Positions 9,667-19,584 of a stretch of 64,000 nt of DNA are shown one piece after another. Below the pieces are notes generated by a model. That model was not told the origin of the DNA. It was given only the letters and a program-made list of their open reading frames with translations, and made no database searches. Position 1 is the first letter of the stretch. Every line of letters begins with the position of its first letter. Both the position numbers and the translations under genes were made by a program. The DNA lies in assembly GCF_039596355.1 (NCBI RefSeq), contig NZ_JBCNJW010000012.1, positions 36,072-100,071 of the forward strand, given 5' to 3'. The stretch comes from Fluviicola sp. GTDB lineage: Bacteria; Bacteroidota; Bacteroidia; Flavobacteriales_D; Crocinitomicaceae.

Positions 9667-10914
9667 CTAAAAGAACCGGCAGGAAAAAATCGCAGTATCG
9701 TCAATCAGTTTTCGGTTTCCACGCCACTCATCCAGCTTGGAAAACACGATATTATTCATATCCTCCATGCTCAGGCGGTAGAAATTGTGGTAGATTTTGA
9801 TCAGGCGTTCCAGTTCGAAATGACAATTCCTTTCGTCTTCGAGCTCCACTACTCCATCTGTATACAAAATCAGGGTGGTGTTCGGTTTCAGGATTTCTTT
9901 CCCTACCTGGATAAAAGGCATCTCGTCGAACATTCCCAAACCTACACAACCGATGTCTAACAGTTTCTGCTCTTTCCCATTGGTTATGATCGGCTGATTG
10001 TGACCGGCATTCACATAGGTCAGCTCCCGCGAAGCCGCATCGTACTCCGCAATGAAGAACGTGATGAACTTTTCTCCTTTTGCACTGGTCATTACTTTTT
10101 TATTGAGTTCTTCAATCAGGAATTCCAATGAAAAAGGACGGATTTGATACACCGTTGAATAAAACGTCCGGATGGTGGCCTGAAAATTGGCCATCAGCAT
10201 CGCCGCACTAATTCCTTTTCCGCTGACGTCTGCAATGCAAATCACGTATTTATTGGCTCCCAAGGGGATGAAATCGTAGTAGTCTCCTCCTACTTCGTGC
10301 CGCGGAATGTATTTTGCAGAAATGTCCATTTGTTTGTTGGACGGCAAATCTGAAGGAAACAACAGTTTTTGCATTTCGGAGGCAACTTCCAGCTCTTTTT
10401 TCAGGCGCTCCCGCTTGAGTTCTTCCCGCGCCATGCGCTTATTCTCAATTGCCATGACCACCATATTGGTCAGCGTCTGCAAAAAATGCATATCGGCAAT
10501 CGTATCGTGTTTTTTCACGCCGCTCTCTTCCACCCCCGCAATCAGCAGGTAAGCCAGCGGTTTGTCCTTGTGAAAAACGGGAACAATGATGTCAAATTCA
10601 TTCAGAATCGCCGAATGACTTGATTCAATGACCGTAATATCACGAAAACGGTAGAGTTCTTTTTCGACGGAAATTTCTTTGACTTTGCTTTTCAGCCCCA
10701 CTTTCAGCAGTGGACTCCAGGTATTTTCTTTATTGAAAAGCAGAAAACGATCATAGCCAAGCTGTTCGCGCATCACAAACTCAAACAAACGCACAAGTTG
10801 ATCCACACTTTGATTGGTGGCAATTGCGCGCGTCAATTCGAGTAATGAATTAAGCCGGAATTCACCCGACTCAATTTGCGACTCCAGGTTTGCTATGCGA
10901 GTCTCGACTTCCAT
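9667..10914 (-). CDS. PP2C/SpoIIE-family Ser/Thr phosphatase (RsbU-like) with GAF-like N-terminal domain
   Basis: VGGDYYD, IADVSGKG, YVNAGH, LYTDGVVE and IDD motifs. Confidence 0.9.
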   Translation of the reverse strand: MEVETRIANLESQIESGEFRLNSLLELTRAIATNQSVDQLVRLFEFVMREQLGYDRFLLFNKENTWSPLLKVGLKSKVKEISVEKELYRFRDITVIESSHSAILNEFDIIVPVFHKDKPLAYLLIAGVEESGVKKHDTIADMHFLQTLTNMVVMAIENKRMAREELKRERLKKELEVASEMQKLLFPSDLPSNKQMDISAKYIPRHEVGGDYYDFIPLGANKYVICIADVSGKGISAAMLMANFQATIRTFYSTVYQIRPFSLEFLIEELNKKVMTSAKGEKFITFFIAEYDAASRELTYVNAGHNQPIITNGKEQKLLDIGCVGLGMFDEMPFIQVGKEILKPNTTLILYTDGVVELEDERNCHFELERLIKIYHNFYRLSMEDMNNIVFSKLDEWRGNRKLIDDTAIFSCRFF

Positions 10915-10918
10915 GTTG

Positions 10919-11842
10919 TTATTTCCCTCCGCTTTCCGAAAGACGTTTCAAGACGAATAATTCTTTCATTTTTGTTTTGGACTCATCACAAGGACTTCCG
11001 AAATAAACTTTTCCGCCTTCCAGTGATTTGGCAATCCCGGATTGAGCCAGGACAACAGCTCCGTCTCCGATCGTTAAACCGGAAGCACAGCCTACCTGTC
11101 CCCAAATCGTCACATTATTCCCAATATTGCAGCAACCGGCAATTCCGACCTGGGAAGCAAACAAACAGTTTTTCCCCACAATCGTGTCGTGTCCGATCTG
11201 AACCAAATTATCGATTTTTGTTCCTTCTCCTATCCGTGTTATGGCGCTAACTCCAGCATCAATGGTCGTATTCGCACCGATTTCCACATTCCGCTCGATA
11301 TAGACAAATCCACAACTATGCATACGGTCATATCCGGAAGGTTTTTTCTTGAAATAAAAGGCATAATGTCCGATCACAGCATTCGGGCCGATGATCACAT
11401 TTTCTTCAATCACCGTTCCGTCTCCGATATATGCTCCGGGATGAACGATCACATTTTCACCGATAATGACATCATGACCAATGAAACAATTGGGAGAAAG
11501 ATGCGCAGAATCCGCAATCCGGCAATTCTCACCGGTCATAGACATTTGAGGTCTGTACGGTGCAAATTTCCGCGTCAGTTTGTTGTAATCATCAAATGGT
11601 TCCGGTGAAATGATCAGCGCTTTTCCTTCCGGAACAGCCACTTCTTTGTCGATCAAAATAAACGTTGCCGCTGAGTTCAGTGCTTTATCGTAATATTTCG
11701 GATGATCCACAAAAACCAAATCTCCCGGTTCTACGCGGTGAATTTCATTGATTCCGGTAACGATCAAAGACTCATCTCCGACGACACTTCGCCCCAAAAA
11801 CTGCGCGATTGCGCCTACTGTATGTATATTTCCGATTTTCAT
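10919..11842 (-). CDS. lpxD: UDP-3-O-acylglucosamine N-acyltransferase LpxD family
   Basis: LpxD N-domain (GDLVFVDHPKY), hexapeptide repeats, TKIDNLVQIGHD. Start taken at MKIGN. Confidence 0.85.
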   Translation of the reverse strand: MKIGNIHTVGAIAQFLGRSVVGDESLIVTGINEIHRVEPGDLVFVDHPKYYDKALNSAATFILIDKEVAVPEGKALIISPEPFDDYNKLTRKFAPYRPQMSMTGENCRIADSAHLSPNCFIGHDVIIGENVIVHPGAYIGDGTVIEENVIIGPNAVIGHYAFYFKKKPSGYDRMHSCGFVYIERNVEIGANTTIDAGVSAITRIGEGTKIDNLVQIGHDTIVGKNCLFASQVGIAGCCNIGNNVTIWGQVGCASGLTIGDGAVVLAQSGIAKSLEGGKVYFGSPCDESKTKMKELFVLKRLSESGGK

Positions 11843-11931
11843 AGACTTACTCAATATAAAAGTAAGACCTATTGCCATTCCTTTCGGGGAATGTTCAATT
11901 ACTTATAAAACCGGGATTGTTTACAAGTCAG

Positions 11932-12588
11932 TTACCGGGACATCCGAAGCGCAAAACGGATTAGAAACAAAGTAACCATGAGCACAACTATGATAATTGT
12001 TTTGGTATTGTCTTTCTTTTCCTCCTTGTCGTTTTCCGCACGCAACTGGCGCAGGTAGTTATTCAGTTTTTCCTTCTGATCGCTGTTCAACGGCAGATTC
12101 TTCTGAATTCCTGCAATACGTCGGCCGGAAGAACCGCTTTCCGGATCCAGGTAGTATCTTTCGAACAATTTGAACTGGGCATTGATCAGGTCAGTATCAT
12201 TCAACTGATGCATCATAGCCGCAAATCCGGCATGCAGAAACATTTCTGATATTTCCGTTTCGTTTCGCAGGGAATTCAAATAATCTTTAAACTCCTGGAT
12301 GATTTCCTGGCGAATCTCTGCGCGTTGTTCATCCGAAAACAATGCTGTATACGAATACAAAGCACTCACTTTCGTCAGGTCTTTTTGAGCAAATGCCTGA
12401 TGAAGTGCCTGCAACAATCGTTTCGTATCCTCCGAGGTCAGCGATTCCTTCAAAGCCGTTGTTTCCGGCAAAGTGCGGATCGCCCCATCAAGTGATATAG
12501 ACATTTTAACTTCAGACAGATCAGATTTGATCAGCTGAATTCGGTCGAGCATGGTTCGTACTCTAGGTGGAAGGTCTTGACTCATCAA
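11932..12588 (-). CDS. Hypothetical helical protein with C-terminal membrane anchor
   Basis: 218-aa ORF 5 nt downstream of the E1 gene; hydrophobic tail IIIVVLMVTLFLIRFAL. Confidence 0.65.
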   Translation of the reverse strand: MMSQDLPPRVRTMLDRIQLIKSDLSEVKMSISLDGAIRTLPETTALKESLTSEDTKRLLQALHQAFAQKDLTKVSALYSYTALFSDEQRAEIRQEIIQEFKDYLNSLRNETEISEMFLHAGFAAMMHQLNDTDLINAQFKLFERYYLDPESGSSGRRIAGIQKNLPLNSDQKEKLNNYLRQLRAENDKEEKKDNTKTIIIVVLMVTLFLIRFALRMSR

Positions 12589-12593
12589 TTATT

Positions 12594-14684
12594 TTAGTAG
12601 TTTATTAATTTTTCCAATGCTGTTTTTACCTTTTCGGCATTCGGCAACAATTCTGCTTCCAGGATGGAGTTCAATGGAATGGCAGGTGTATCAATCGCGC
12701 CAACGATTTCAATCGGAGCATCCAGATGAGTAAAGCAGTCCCGCTGAATACGTCCGGCCAAACCAAGCGTGAAAGATGCTTCGATTGATTCTTCAGTTAC
12801 CAGCAATACTTTTCCGTGTTTTTGAACAGATGCGGAAACAGCCTCCATATCCAACGGATTAATCGAACGCAGATCCAAAACCTCTACCTGGCCTTCAAAC
12901 TGCTTGGCAGCTTCTAAAGTCCAGTAAACGCCTCTTCCATAAGTTACAACCACACAAGATTCTCCTTTTTCGACAGCTGCATCAGAAGCTTCCTGTACAA
13001 TACGTGCCTTACCGATAGGAATCATGTAATTTTCATCCGGCTCGATAGACATCGCACCTTCCGTTCCAGGGATTTTTGACCAGTACAATCCTTTGTGCTC
13101 CAAAATTACTACCGGATTCGGATCGTAATAAGCAGCTTTCAACAAACCTTTCAGATCGGCACCTGTTGACGGGTACACCACTTTGATTCCGCGGATGTTA
13201 GCCAAAACAGATTCCACACTCGAAGAGTGATAAGGACCACCGGAGCCATATGCCCCGATCGGAACGCGGATCACACAACTCACCGGCCATTTTCCGTTTG
13301 ACAGGTAATTTGATCGTGATACTTCCGTAAACAACTGATTCAGTCCCGGCCAGATGTAATCGGCAAATTGAACTTCAACGAATGGTTTCAGTCCAACAGC
13401 AGACATCCCGACAGTTGAACCGATAATAAATGCCTCCTGGATCGGAGTGTTGAATACGCGCTCGTCCCCGAAAGTTTGAGCTAACGTAGCCGCCTCTCTG
13501 AAAACACCTCCAAGTCTTCCCCCCACATCTTGTCCGTAAAGCAATGCTTCCGGGTGTTTCGACATGATTTCACGAACAGCAAATAAAGCGCTGTCCACCA
13601 TCACTGTTTTTTTCTTCCCGGATGGTTCGCGCTCGCCTACTTCTTCTGTTACAGGAGTCGGGGCGAAAATAAAATCCGTTACACTTGCAGGAGTTGGTTC
13701 TTCCGCGTTCAAAGCACGTTCGTAATCGGCATCAACCAATTTTCGCGCTTCAGATTCTATATTGATTACATCCGCTTCACCTTCCAGCTCGCGGATAATT
13801 TCTTTCAATTTCGGGTACGGATCTCTGGTTGCAGCTTCTTCCAAATCATCACGATACCATTCTTTTCTCACTCCTGAAGTATGATGTCCCAAAAGCGGCA
13901 CCTTCGCATGAATAATAAAAGGTCTTCTTTCTTTGCGGACAATATCAAATACTTCCTGCACCGTTTGGTAGGAAAGATCAAAATCACTTCCATCAATCGT
14001 GCGCACTTCAATGCCTTTAAATCCCTGGGCATAATAACTGATATCCTGTGCTCTCGTTTCAGCCGCATTTGCAGAAATATCCCAGCCATTGTCCTGAACC
14101 AGGTAAACAATCGGGAACTGCTTCAAAGCAGCCATTTGAAACGCTTCTGAAACTTCCCCTTCCGTACAGGAAGCATCTCCCAAAGAACAAACCACGATTG
14201 GATTTTCTCCATTGAAATCTTCTGAAAGTCCCAGTTTCTCTTTGTATTGAATTCCCATCGCAATTCCCGTCGTCGGAATGGCCTGCATCCCGGTGGCGGA
14301 AGACTGATGTGGTATTTTAGGCATGTCATCACGTTTCAGAGACGGGTGCGAATAATAGGTTCTACCTCCTGAAAACGGGTCATCTTTCTTTGCAAAAACC
14401 TGGAGCATCAACTCGTAAGGAGTCATCCCGATCCCCAAAAGAATACTATCATCGCGGTAATAAGGAGAAACCCAATCCTGCGGCTTCAACTGCAATCCTA
14501 CAGCTAGCTGAATAGCTTCATGTCCTCTGGAAGTTGCATGGACATATTTCGCTGTAACTTCTTTATTCGCTTCGTATTTCTCCGCTAATGTTTTCGCTGT
14601 AGCCATCAAACTAAATGCTTTCAGGAAAACGTCTTTGCTTGTACGTGTAGTAGATTCTTTTGTCTTTGAAAGAATATCTGACAT
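12594..14684 (-). CDS. 2-oxoacid (branched-chain type) dehydrogenase E1, fused alpha+beta subunits
   Basis: TPP-binding GDASCTEGEVSE..DNG, beta-domain RVFNTPIQE, EVQFADYI, GGPYHS. A promoter at 14702-14709 supports start 14684. Confidence 0.9.
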   Translation of the reverse strand: MSDILSKTKESTTRTSKDVFLKAFSLMATAKTLAEKYEANKEVTAKYVHATSRGHEAIQLAVGLQLKPQDWVSPYYRDDSILLGIGMTPYELMLQVFAKKDDPFSGGRTYYSHPSLKRDDMPKIPHQSSATGMQAIPTTGIAMGIQYKEKLGLSEDFNGENPIVVCSLGDASCTEGEVSEAFQMAALKQFPIVYLVQDNGWDISANAAETRAQDISYYAQGFKGIEVRTIDGSDFDLSYQTVQEVFDIVRKERRPFIIHAKVPLLGHHTSGVRKEWYRDDLEEAATRDPYPKLKEIIRELEGEADVINIESEARKLVDADYERALNAEEPTPASVTDFIFAPTPVTEEVGEREPSGKKKTVMVDSALFAVREIMSKHPEALLYGQDVGGRLGGVFREAATLAQTFGDERVFNTPIQEAFIIGSTVGMSAVGLKPFVEVQFADYIWPGLNQLFTEVSRSNYLSNGKWPVSCVIRVPIGAYGSGGPYHSSSVESVLANIRGIKVVYPSTGADLKGLLKAAYYDPNPVVILEHKGLYWSKIPGTEGAMSIEPDENYMIPIGKARIVQEASDAAVEKGESCVVVTYGRGVYWTLEAAKQFEGQVEVLDLRSINPLDMEAVSASVQKHGKVLLVTEESIEASFTLGLAGRIQRDCFTHLDAPIEIVGAIDTPAIPLNSILEAELLPNAEKVKTALEKLINY

Positions 14685-14701
14685 TTGGAATGTTTTTCCA
14701 A

Positions 14702-14709
14702 CAAAGATA
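14702..14709 (-). promoter_or_regulatory. Bacteroidota sigma-A -7 element (TAtcTTTG)
   Basis: Exact TAnnTTTG match 17 nt upstream of ATG 14684. Confidence 0.6.
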
Positions 14710-14722
14710 AGATTCAAAAAGT

Positions 14723-14755
14723 AAAAGCGCCGAATAAATAAGGAATATTCGGCGC
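14723..14755 (-). terminator. Intrinsic terminator of the XRE-Fic gene
   Basis: 10-bp stem GCGCCGAATA/TATTCGGCGC followed on the minus strand by T4. Confidence 0.7.
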
Positions 14756-14781
14756 GATTTTTTGTGAATTTTTGCGTTATC

Positions 14782-15825
14782 TTACTTCAAAATGGATAAG
14801 TACCTTTCAAGACTTTGCTTTTCGATCTCTGCAACAAAACGAATGAAAGAGTCTTTCTTACCGGATGTCTGTACATCATCCAGTGCCTCATAATAGGAAA
14901 ACCTGGAAGGATTATCTCCTTTAATATTTGCTATCACAAGCCCGTTCTGAAGCAGAATCATATTCATAATCAAACGGGAAGTTCGTCCGTTTCCATCAAT
15001 AAAAGGATGAATCGTAACTAAACGCTCGTGCATTTCAGCTGCCAACACCACAGGATGCAGTAAGGTTCTGTTCCGTTCATACCAAATGAAATAGTCTTCC
15101 ATTTGTTTTTCCACCAAATATGGAGCCGGAGGCAAATGGGCGCTCCCTTGTATCATCACCTGGACACGACGAAATTTCCCGGCTTCTTCCGGGTTTATTC
15201 CCCGAAGTATCAGATTATGTATAGCCAAAAGCTCTCGTCTTGTAATGACGGATTCTTTTGCCACCAGGTCTTTCATGTAATGGATCGCATCTCCATGGTT
15301 AATTGCCTCCAGGTGTTCTCTCATGCTTTTCCCTGAAATAGTCAATCCACGATTGACGACCAAATCTGTTTCACGGAGCGTAAGGGTATTTCCTTCGATC
15401 CGGTTGCTTTCAAAAGTGTACTCCAATTCCAGAGCTTCTGTAATCCGATGATTCTCAAATGAGCGGATATTATCCAGCTCAAGTTTGAGCTTATCGATGT
15501 CTCCGAGTATTTTTTCGACAGCCTGGTCTTCAAATTCTCTTTTAGGGTAATAACTTGCCAGTTCTTCCTGAACCATTCCTAATACCTCATCGGCAAAGGC
15601 ATACTGCTTCACTTCCAACAATACTTTTTCTTTCAACCAGGCTTTCACCAATTGATTCAAATCAATTGAAAGGATATTGGCTATTTCTATGATTTGTGAT
15701 TCGGTTGGAATCCTTTTTCCATTTTCGAACTTACTAATCAATGACTGATCAATTCCCAGCAAGTTGGCCAGCTCACGCGAGCGCATGCCTTTCTTTTTTC
15801 TTGCTTCCCGAATAATGGTTTTCAT
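14782..15825 (-). CDS. XRE-family HTH fused to Fic domain (class II, auto-inhibited AMPylase type)
   Basis: N-terminal RELANLLGIDQSLISKFENGKRIP HTH, canonical Fic motif HPFIDGNGRTSR, inhibitory motif SNRIEG. Confidence 0.9.
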   Translation of the reverse strand: MKTIIREARKKKGMRSRELANLLGIDQSLISKFENGKRIPTESQIIEIANILSIDLNQLVKAWLKEKVLLEVKQYAFADEVLGMVQEELASYYPKREFEDQAVEKILGDIDKLKLELDNIRSFENHRITEALELEYTFESNRIEGNTLTLRETDLVVNRGLTISGKSMREHLEAINHGDAIHYMKDLVAKESVITRRELLAIHNLILRGINPEEAGKFRRVQVMIQGSAHLPPAPYLVEKQMEDYFIWYERNRTLLHPVVLAAEMHERLVTIHPFIDGNGRTSRLIMNMILLQNGLVIANIKGDNPSRFSYYEALDDVQTSGKKDSFIRFVAEIEKQSLERYLSILK

Positions 15826-15842
15826 TTCTTGACTTACATTTT

Positions 15843-15861
15843 CATGACTAATTTAGTCATG
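15843..15861. promoter_or_regulatory. Candidate XRE operator palindrome
   Basis: Perfect CATGACTA-att-TAGTCATG 18-36 nt upstream of the XRE-Fic start. Confidence 0.55.
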
Positions 15862-15915
15862 TTTTTTGGTTTTTCCAAAAAAAAGAGAAGATTTAACATC
15901 TTCTCTTTCTCTGTG

Positions 15916-18048
15916 TTACTTATTGTGCTCTATAATGTAATCTAAAACTTTCTGCATCAAATGCACCCGGTCTTTTCCAATAACATTGTGTTTATGCATC
16001 GGATAGTGGAAAAAGTCTATCTGAATTCCAAGTTCGATAAATCTTTTAAGTAATGCATCATTATGTTGCGGCACAACGACGTCGTCAACCGTTCCATGGA
16101 TCAATAACAAGTCTCCTTTCAATTTATTGGCATGCGTAAATAAAGAGGCTTCTTCATATCCTTTCTGGTTTTCTTCCGGGCGATCCATATAACGCTCTCC
16201 GTACATCACTTCATAGTATTTCCAATCGGTAACAGGACCACCTGCAACCCCCACCTTAAAGGTTTCTGCTTGCTTCAGCATCAACGAAGTTGTCATAAAC
16301 CCGCCAAACGACCAACCGTGAACAGCAAATCTGGATGCATCTACATATGGAAGAGATTTCAGGTAATCGATTCCTTTCATCTGATCACTGATTTCTACGG
16401 TTCCCAATTGCCGGTGGATTTGACTCTCAAATGCAAAACCGCGCTCTCCTGATCCCCGGTTATCTAAAGTAAACACTAAATACCCCTGCTCTGCCATCCA
16501 ATACATCCAGAGGTTTGCACCGTCGAGCCAGGAATTGGTAATCATCTGAGCATGTGGACCTCCGTAAACATACACCATGACAGGGTATTTTTTGTTCGGA
16601 TCGAAATTGCTCGGTTTAATCAAACGAGTATATAATACCGAACCATCTTCCCCTTTGATCTGACCTATATCTGCTGTTCCAATTGCGATGTCGGCCAGTT
16701 TGTTTTTCGCGGTCAGTAATGTTTTGGTAAGCTTACCACTTCCTGTTTTCAATTCCACTTTTCCAGGCACGGAATGAGAAGAATACGAATCAATGAAGTT
16801 TGTTCCGGCATCATTAAACGCAACGGTATGCGTTCCTTCTTCTAGAGTCAGACAGCGTTGCTTTCCGTTTAAATCAACTGCATAATAAAGGGTGTTCAAC
16901 GGACTGGTTCCCGTTGCAGCAAAAATGATTTCCTTTCCTTTATTCACGGTTTGTAAAATTTCCTTCACCACAAATTTATTGCTGGTCAACTGCTTGATCA
17001 ACTTACCGTCAATGGAGTAGTAATACAAATTATTGAATCCGTCCCGCTCCGAAATCCAAACAAAATTCGTTGAACCAGGCATCGGGAAAAACGCAGGATG
17101 TTCCGGCTCTACCCATTTTTCATTTTGCTCTTCCAAAAGCGTCCGTACAAAATTTCCTGTCTTCGCTTCATACACATTCAACCACATATGATTCTGTTCG
17201 CGGTTCACTTCCGCAATCAACACAAAATTTTCATCCGGTGTCCAGCTCAAATTGGTCAAATAACTGTCTTTTGCTCCCTTCGGCGAAATGTAAACTGTTT
17301 TCCCGGCAGCAACCGAGTAAATCCCCACTTTCGGTTTTTCAGAACCCTGACCAGCCATCGGGTATTTGATATTCATCAATTCAGCCGGTATTTTCGTAAT
17401 GTCAACAAGCGGGTATTCCTTTACTTCTGATTCGTCTTTTTGGTAAAATGCCAGGAAACTTCCTTTCCCCGACCAAAAAATCCCGTCTGTAATTCCGAAT
17501 TCACTCCTGGCGTAAGTCTGTCCCGAAACAATGTTTTTATCCGTATTACTTGTTACAGCGATTTTTTCTCCTTTTGCATTAATGATCCACAAATTGTTTT
17601 CTACCGTATAAGCCGTATTTCCAGATGTCATTTCATACTCGGCATTTGCACCTTCTTCCGGAACAGAAACCAACTTACTTCCAGCTTTTGTTTTCAAGTT
17701 ATAGCTGTAGTAGTTATTCCCATCTGTCAATACCAACTCATCTGCATTTCGGAATGAAAACCCGTAAAAGTTATACAACTGAGCACCCAAAGCAGTATTG
17801 GCATCCTGAATCGATAGAAGCTTCTCAGGATCCGTTTTTTTGACCGATCCCTGATACATGACCTGATAATTGTTACTCAGGTAAACATATGAATCCGTTC
17901 CCGGAATCCAGGTAAAAGCATTGAATTGCTCATCTCTGAAAGCTCTGTTCTGCTGAAGAACGGCATCAGAAAGCGTTAATTGTTTTTTTTGTGCGAAGGA
18001 GAAAACTCCCGCAATGAAAAAGACGAAAAGTCCGAAATACTTCTTCAT
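15916..18048 (-). CDS. S9B dipeptidyl-peptidase IV family
   Basis: GWSFGG nucleophile motif, DPPIV_N propeller, HGTVDDVV and HKHN triad region, signal peptide. Confidence 0.93.
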   Translation of the reverse strand: MKKYFGLFVFFIAGVFSFAQKKQLTLSDAVLQQNRAFRDEQFNAFTWIPGTDSYVYLSNNYQVMYQGSVKKTDPEKLLSIQDANTALGAQLYNFYGFSFRNADELVLTDGNNYYSYNLKTKAGSKLVSVPEEGANAEYEMTSGNTAYTVENNLWIINAKGEKIAVTSNTDKNIVSGQTYARSEFGITDGIFWSGKGSFLAFYQKDESEVKEYPLVDITKIPAELMNIKYPMAGQGSEKPKVGIYSVAAGKTVYISPKGAKDSYLTNLSWTPDENFVLIAEVNREQNHMWLNVYEAKTGNFVRTLLEEQNEKWVEPEHPAFFPMPGSTNFVWISERDGFNNLYYYSIDGKLIKQLTSNKFVVKEILQTVNKGKEIIFAATGTSPLNTLYYAVDLNGKQRCLTLEEGTHTVAFNDAGTNFIDSYSSHSVPGKVELKTGSGKLTKTLLTAKNKLADIAIGTADIGQIKGEDGSVLYTRLIKPSNFDPNKKYPVMVYVYGGPHAQMITNSWLDGANLWMYWMAEQGYLVFTLDNRGSGERGFAFESQIHRQLGTVEISDQMKGIDYLKSLPYVDASRFAVHGWSFGGFMTTSLMLKQAETFKVGVAGGPVTDWKYYEVMYGERYMDRPEENQKGYEEASLFTHANKLKGDLLLIHGTVDDVVVPQHNDALLKRFIELGIQIDFFHYPMHKHNVIGKDRVHLMQKVLDYIIEHNK

Positions 18049-18719
18049 GGTCTTTGAATGAATTTATTGAAAAATGTTTCGAGTGGTAATCCCGCACGGA
18101 AACAACTATCGATTGTCTCCAGCAGGTAATCCTGTAAAATCAGGTCGGAATCAAACTCCGTCATGAAATACCACTGCTTGTTTAAAATATAAGGTTGTTT
18201 TTCTGCCGCTTCCTTGAATTCTTTCGGAGCGATTTTGTTTCGTTCTCCACGAACTTCCCCGAAGACATCCACAAAATTCTTATCCGAAATCAAACTTTCA
18301 AATTCTTTTTGATTCTGCGCAATTCCTTCACGAACGGCATACAAATCATCTTTCTCAATCTCGTAAATTCCACCGTAAACGCGCACCGCTTCAGGTCCGA
18401 ATTCAAAATACACGCCATGAATGCTTTTCGACTTTTTTCCACTTGGAGCCACAACCGCCGAACACAATAGCTTATACGGTGTTTTATCCTTGGAAAAACG
18501 GATATCCCTGTTAATTCTGAAAATGCATTCGGATGCTGTCAAATCCTTGAAAACAGGATACGACTGTGCCAAATGATTGATGAACGTCTGAACAAAATCA
18601 GCAAAGGGCTTCTTTACGGAAGTTTCATAGCGCTTTCTGTTCGAATCAAACCACTCTTTGTGATTGTTCGCCGCTAATTCGATGAAAAAATCGAGATAGT
18701 CTTTTGTAAAATGTGCCAT
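18045..18719 (-). CDS. DUF2461 (TIGR02453) family protein
   Basis: LAANNHKEWFDSNRKRYE and IFRINRDIRFSKDKTPYK. ATGA overlap with the DPP-IV gene. Confidence 0.88.
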   Translation of the reverse strand: MAHFTKDYLDFFIELAANNHKEWFDSNRKRYETSVKKPFADFVQTFINHLAQSYPVFKDLTASECIFRINRDIRFSKDKTPYKLLCSAVVAPSGKKSKSIHGVYFEFGPEAVRVYGGIYEIEKDDLYAVREGIAQNQKEFESLISDKNFVDVFGEVRGERNKIAPKEFKEAAEKQPYILNKQWYFMTEFDSDLILQDYLLETIDSCFRAGLPLETFFNKFIQRP

Positions 18720-18813
18720 GACTCAAAGATAGTATTAATCCGATTCACAAACTTGTTGATTTTTACCGATCTTCATTGCCCCGATTAATACCGGCAAATT
18801 CACCAGATTAAAT

Positions 18814-18821
18814 TACATTTG
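18814..18821 (+). promoter_or_regulatory. -7 promoter element (TAcaTTTG)
   Basis: Exact TAnnTTTG 19 nt before ATG 18841; a divergent element lies at 18724-18731 on the minus strand. Confidence 0.55.
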
Positions 18822-18840
18822 TATCAAACAATTTAAAAGC

Positions 18841-19317
18841 ATGGCACAAGTCTCTATCGGACACATTGAAGCTGCAATCCAAAAAGTGGACAGCTTAGAC
18901 GACAACGCATTGGACAGATTATCCGAAGCACAAACAACGGCACAACCTGTTCTTTTGGGTTACATCATGTCGGCAGCCCAGGAATACCAGAACGAAGGAT
19001 TGGAAAGCCTGCTGATTTATTACTTCACAGTGGTTCTGGAAGCATTTTCCCTGGCGGAGCTGCACCCGAAGAGCGTTTCAGACGAAATGATCGACGAATT
19101 TGAAGAACCATACTTTCAATTACTGGACGAGTACTTCGAAACAGAAGACGAAAGCATCCTGGAAGAATTCTCCGACCAGCCTGACCTGGTGAAGTTCATG
19201 GCAATGGAAATCGGCATGGAAGACGCAGAAGGAGTTACACTTGACGATGAAACAGCAACACAATTGTTCATCGTAATCCTGGCAATGATTTCACTTCTTT
19301 CCAGATCTTTGGATTAA
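18841..19317 (+). CDS. Hypothetical highly acidic protein
   Basis: 158-aa ORF with its own promoter and terminator; 35 D/E versus 5 K/R by hand count. Confidence 0.75.
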   Translation: MAQVSIGHIEAAIQKVDSLDDNALDRLSEAQTTAQPVLLGYIMSAAQEYQNEGLESLLIYYFTVVLEAFSLAELHPKSVSDEMIDEFEEPYFQLLDEYFETEDESILEEFSDQPDLVKFMAMEIGMEDAEGVTLDDETATQLFIVILAMISLLSRSLD

Positions 19318-19350
19318 AACAATCTTCAATATATCGTAAAACGAACCGAC

Positions 19351-19387
19351 AAAATCCGGGTGTACCTCAAAAGCATCCGGATTTTTT
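19351..19387 (+). terminator. Intrinsic terminator
   Basis: AAAATCCGGGTG...CATCCGGATTTTTT hairpin with U-tract. Confidence 0.6.
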
Positions 19388-19534
19388 ATGTTTTCGCCCA
19401 AACAATCGCGCGATATAATTCAAGCCTGCGAATCAATCATTTAGCTTGAGAATTCAAAAAAGTTTAGTACATTTAACAAAACCTCCCATCCACATCCCGA
19501 CCCTCAGTCAATCACTGAAAAAAAATCCATTTTT

Positions 19535-19552
19535 TATTATGCATACATAATA
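19535..19552. promoter_or_regulatory. Candidate MarR operator
   Basis: Perfect TATTATG-cata-CATAATA about 32 nt upstream of the MarR ATG. Confidence 0.55.
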
Positions 19553-19584
19553 TTATTTTGTACATTCGTGACAAGAGTCATCAT

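Noticed and set aside
17983-17990. T8 tract near the DPP-IV 5' end as a phase-variation site
   Set aside because: It encodes ordinary Gln-Lys-Lys codons, the frame is intact, and such runs are common here.
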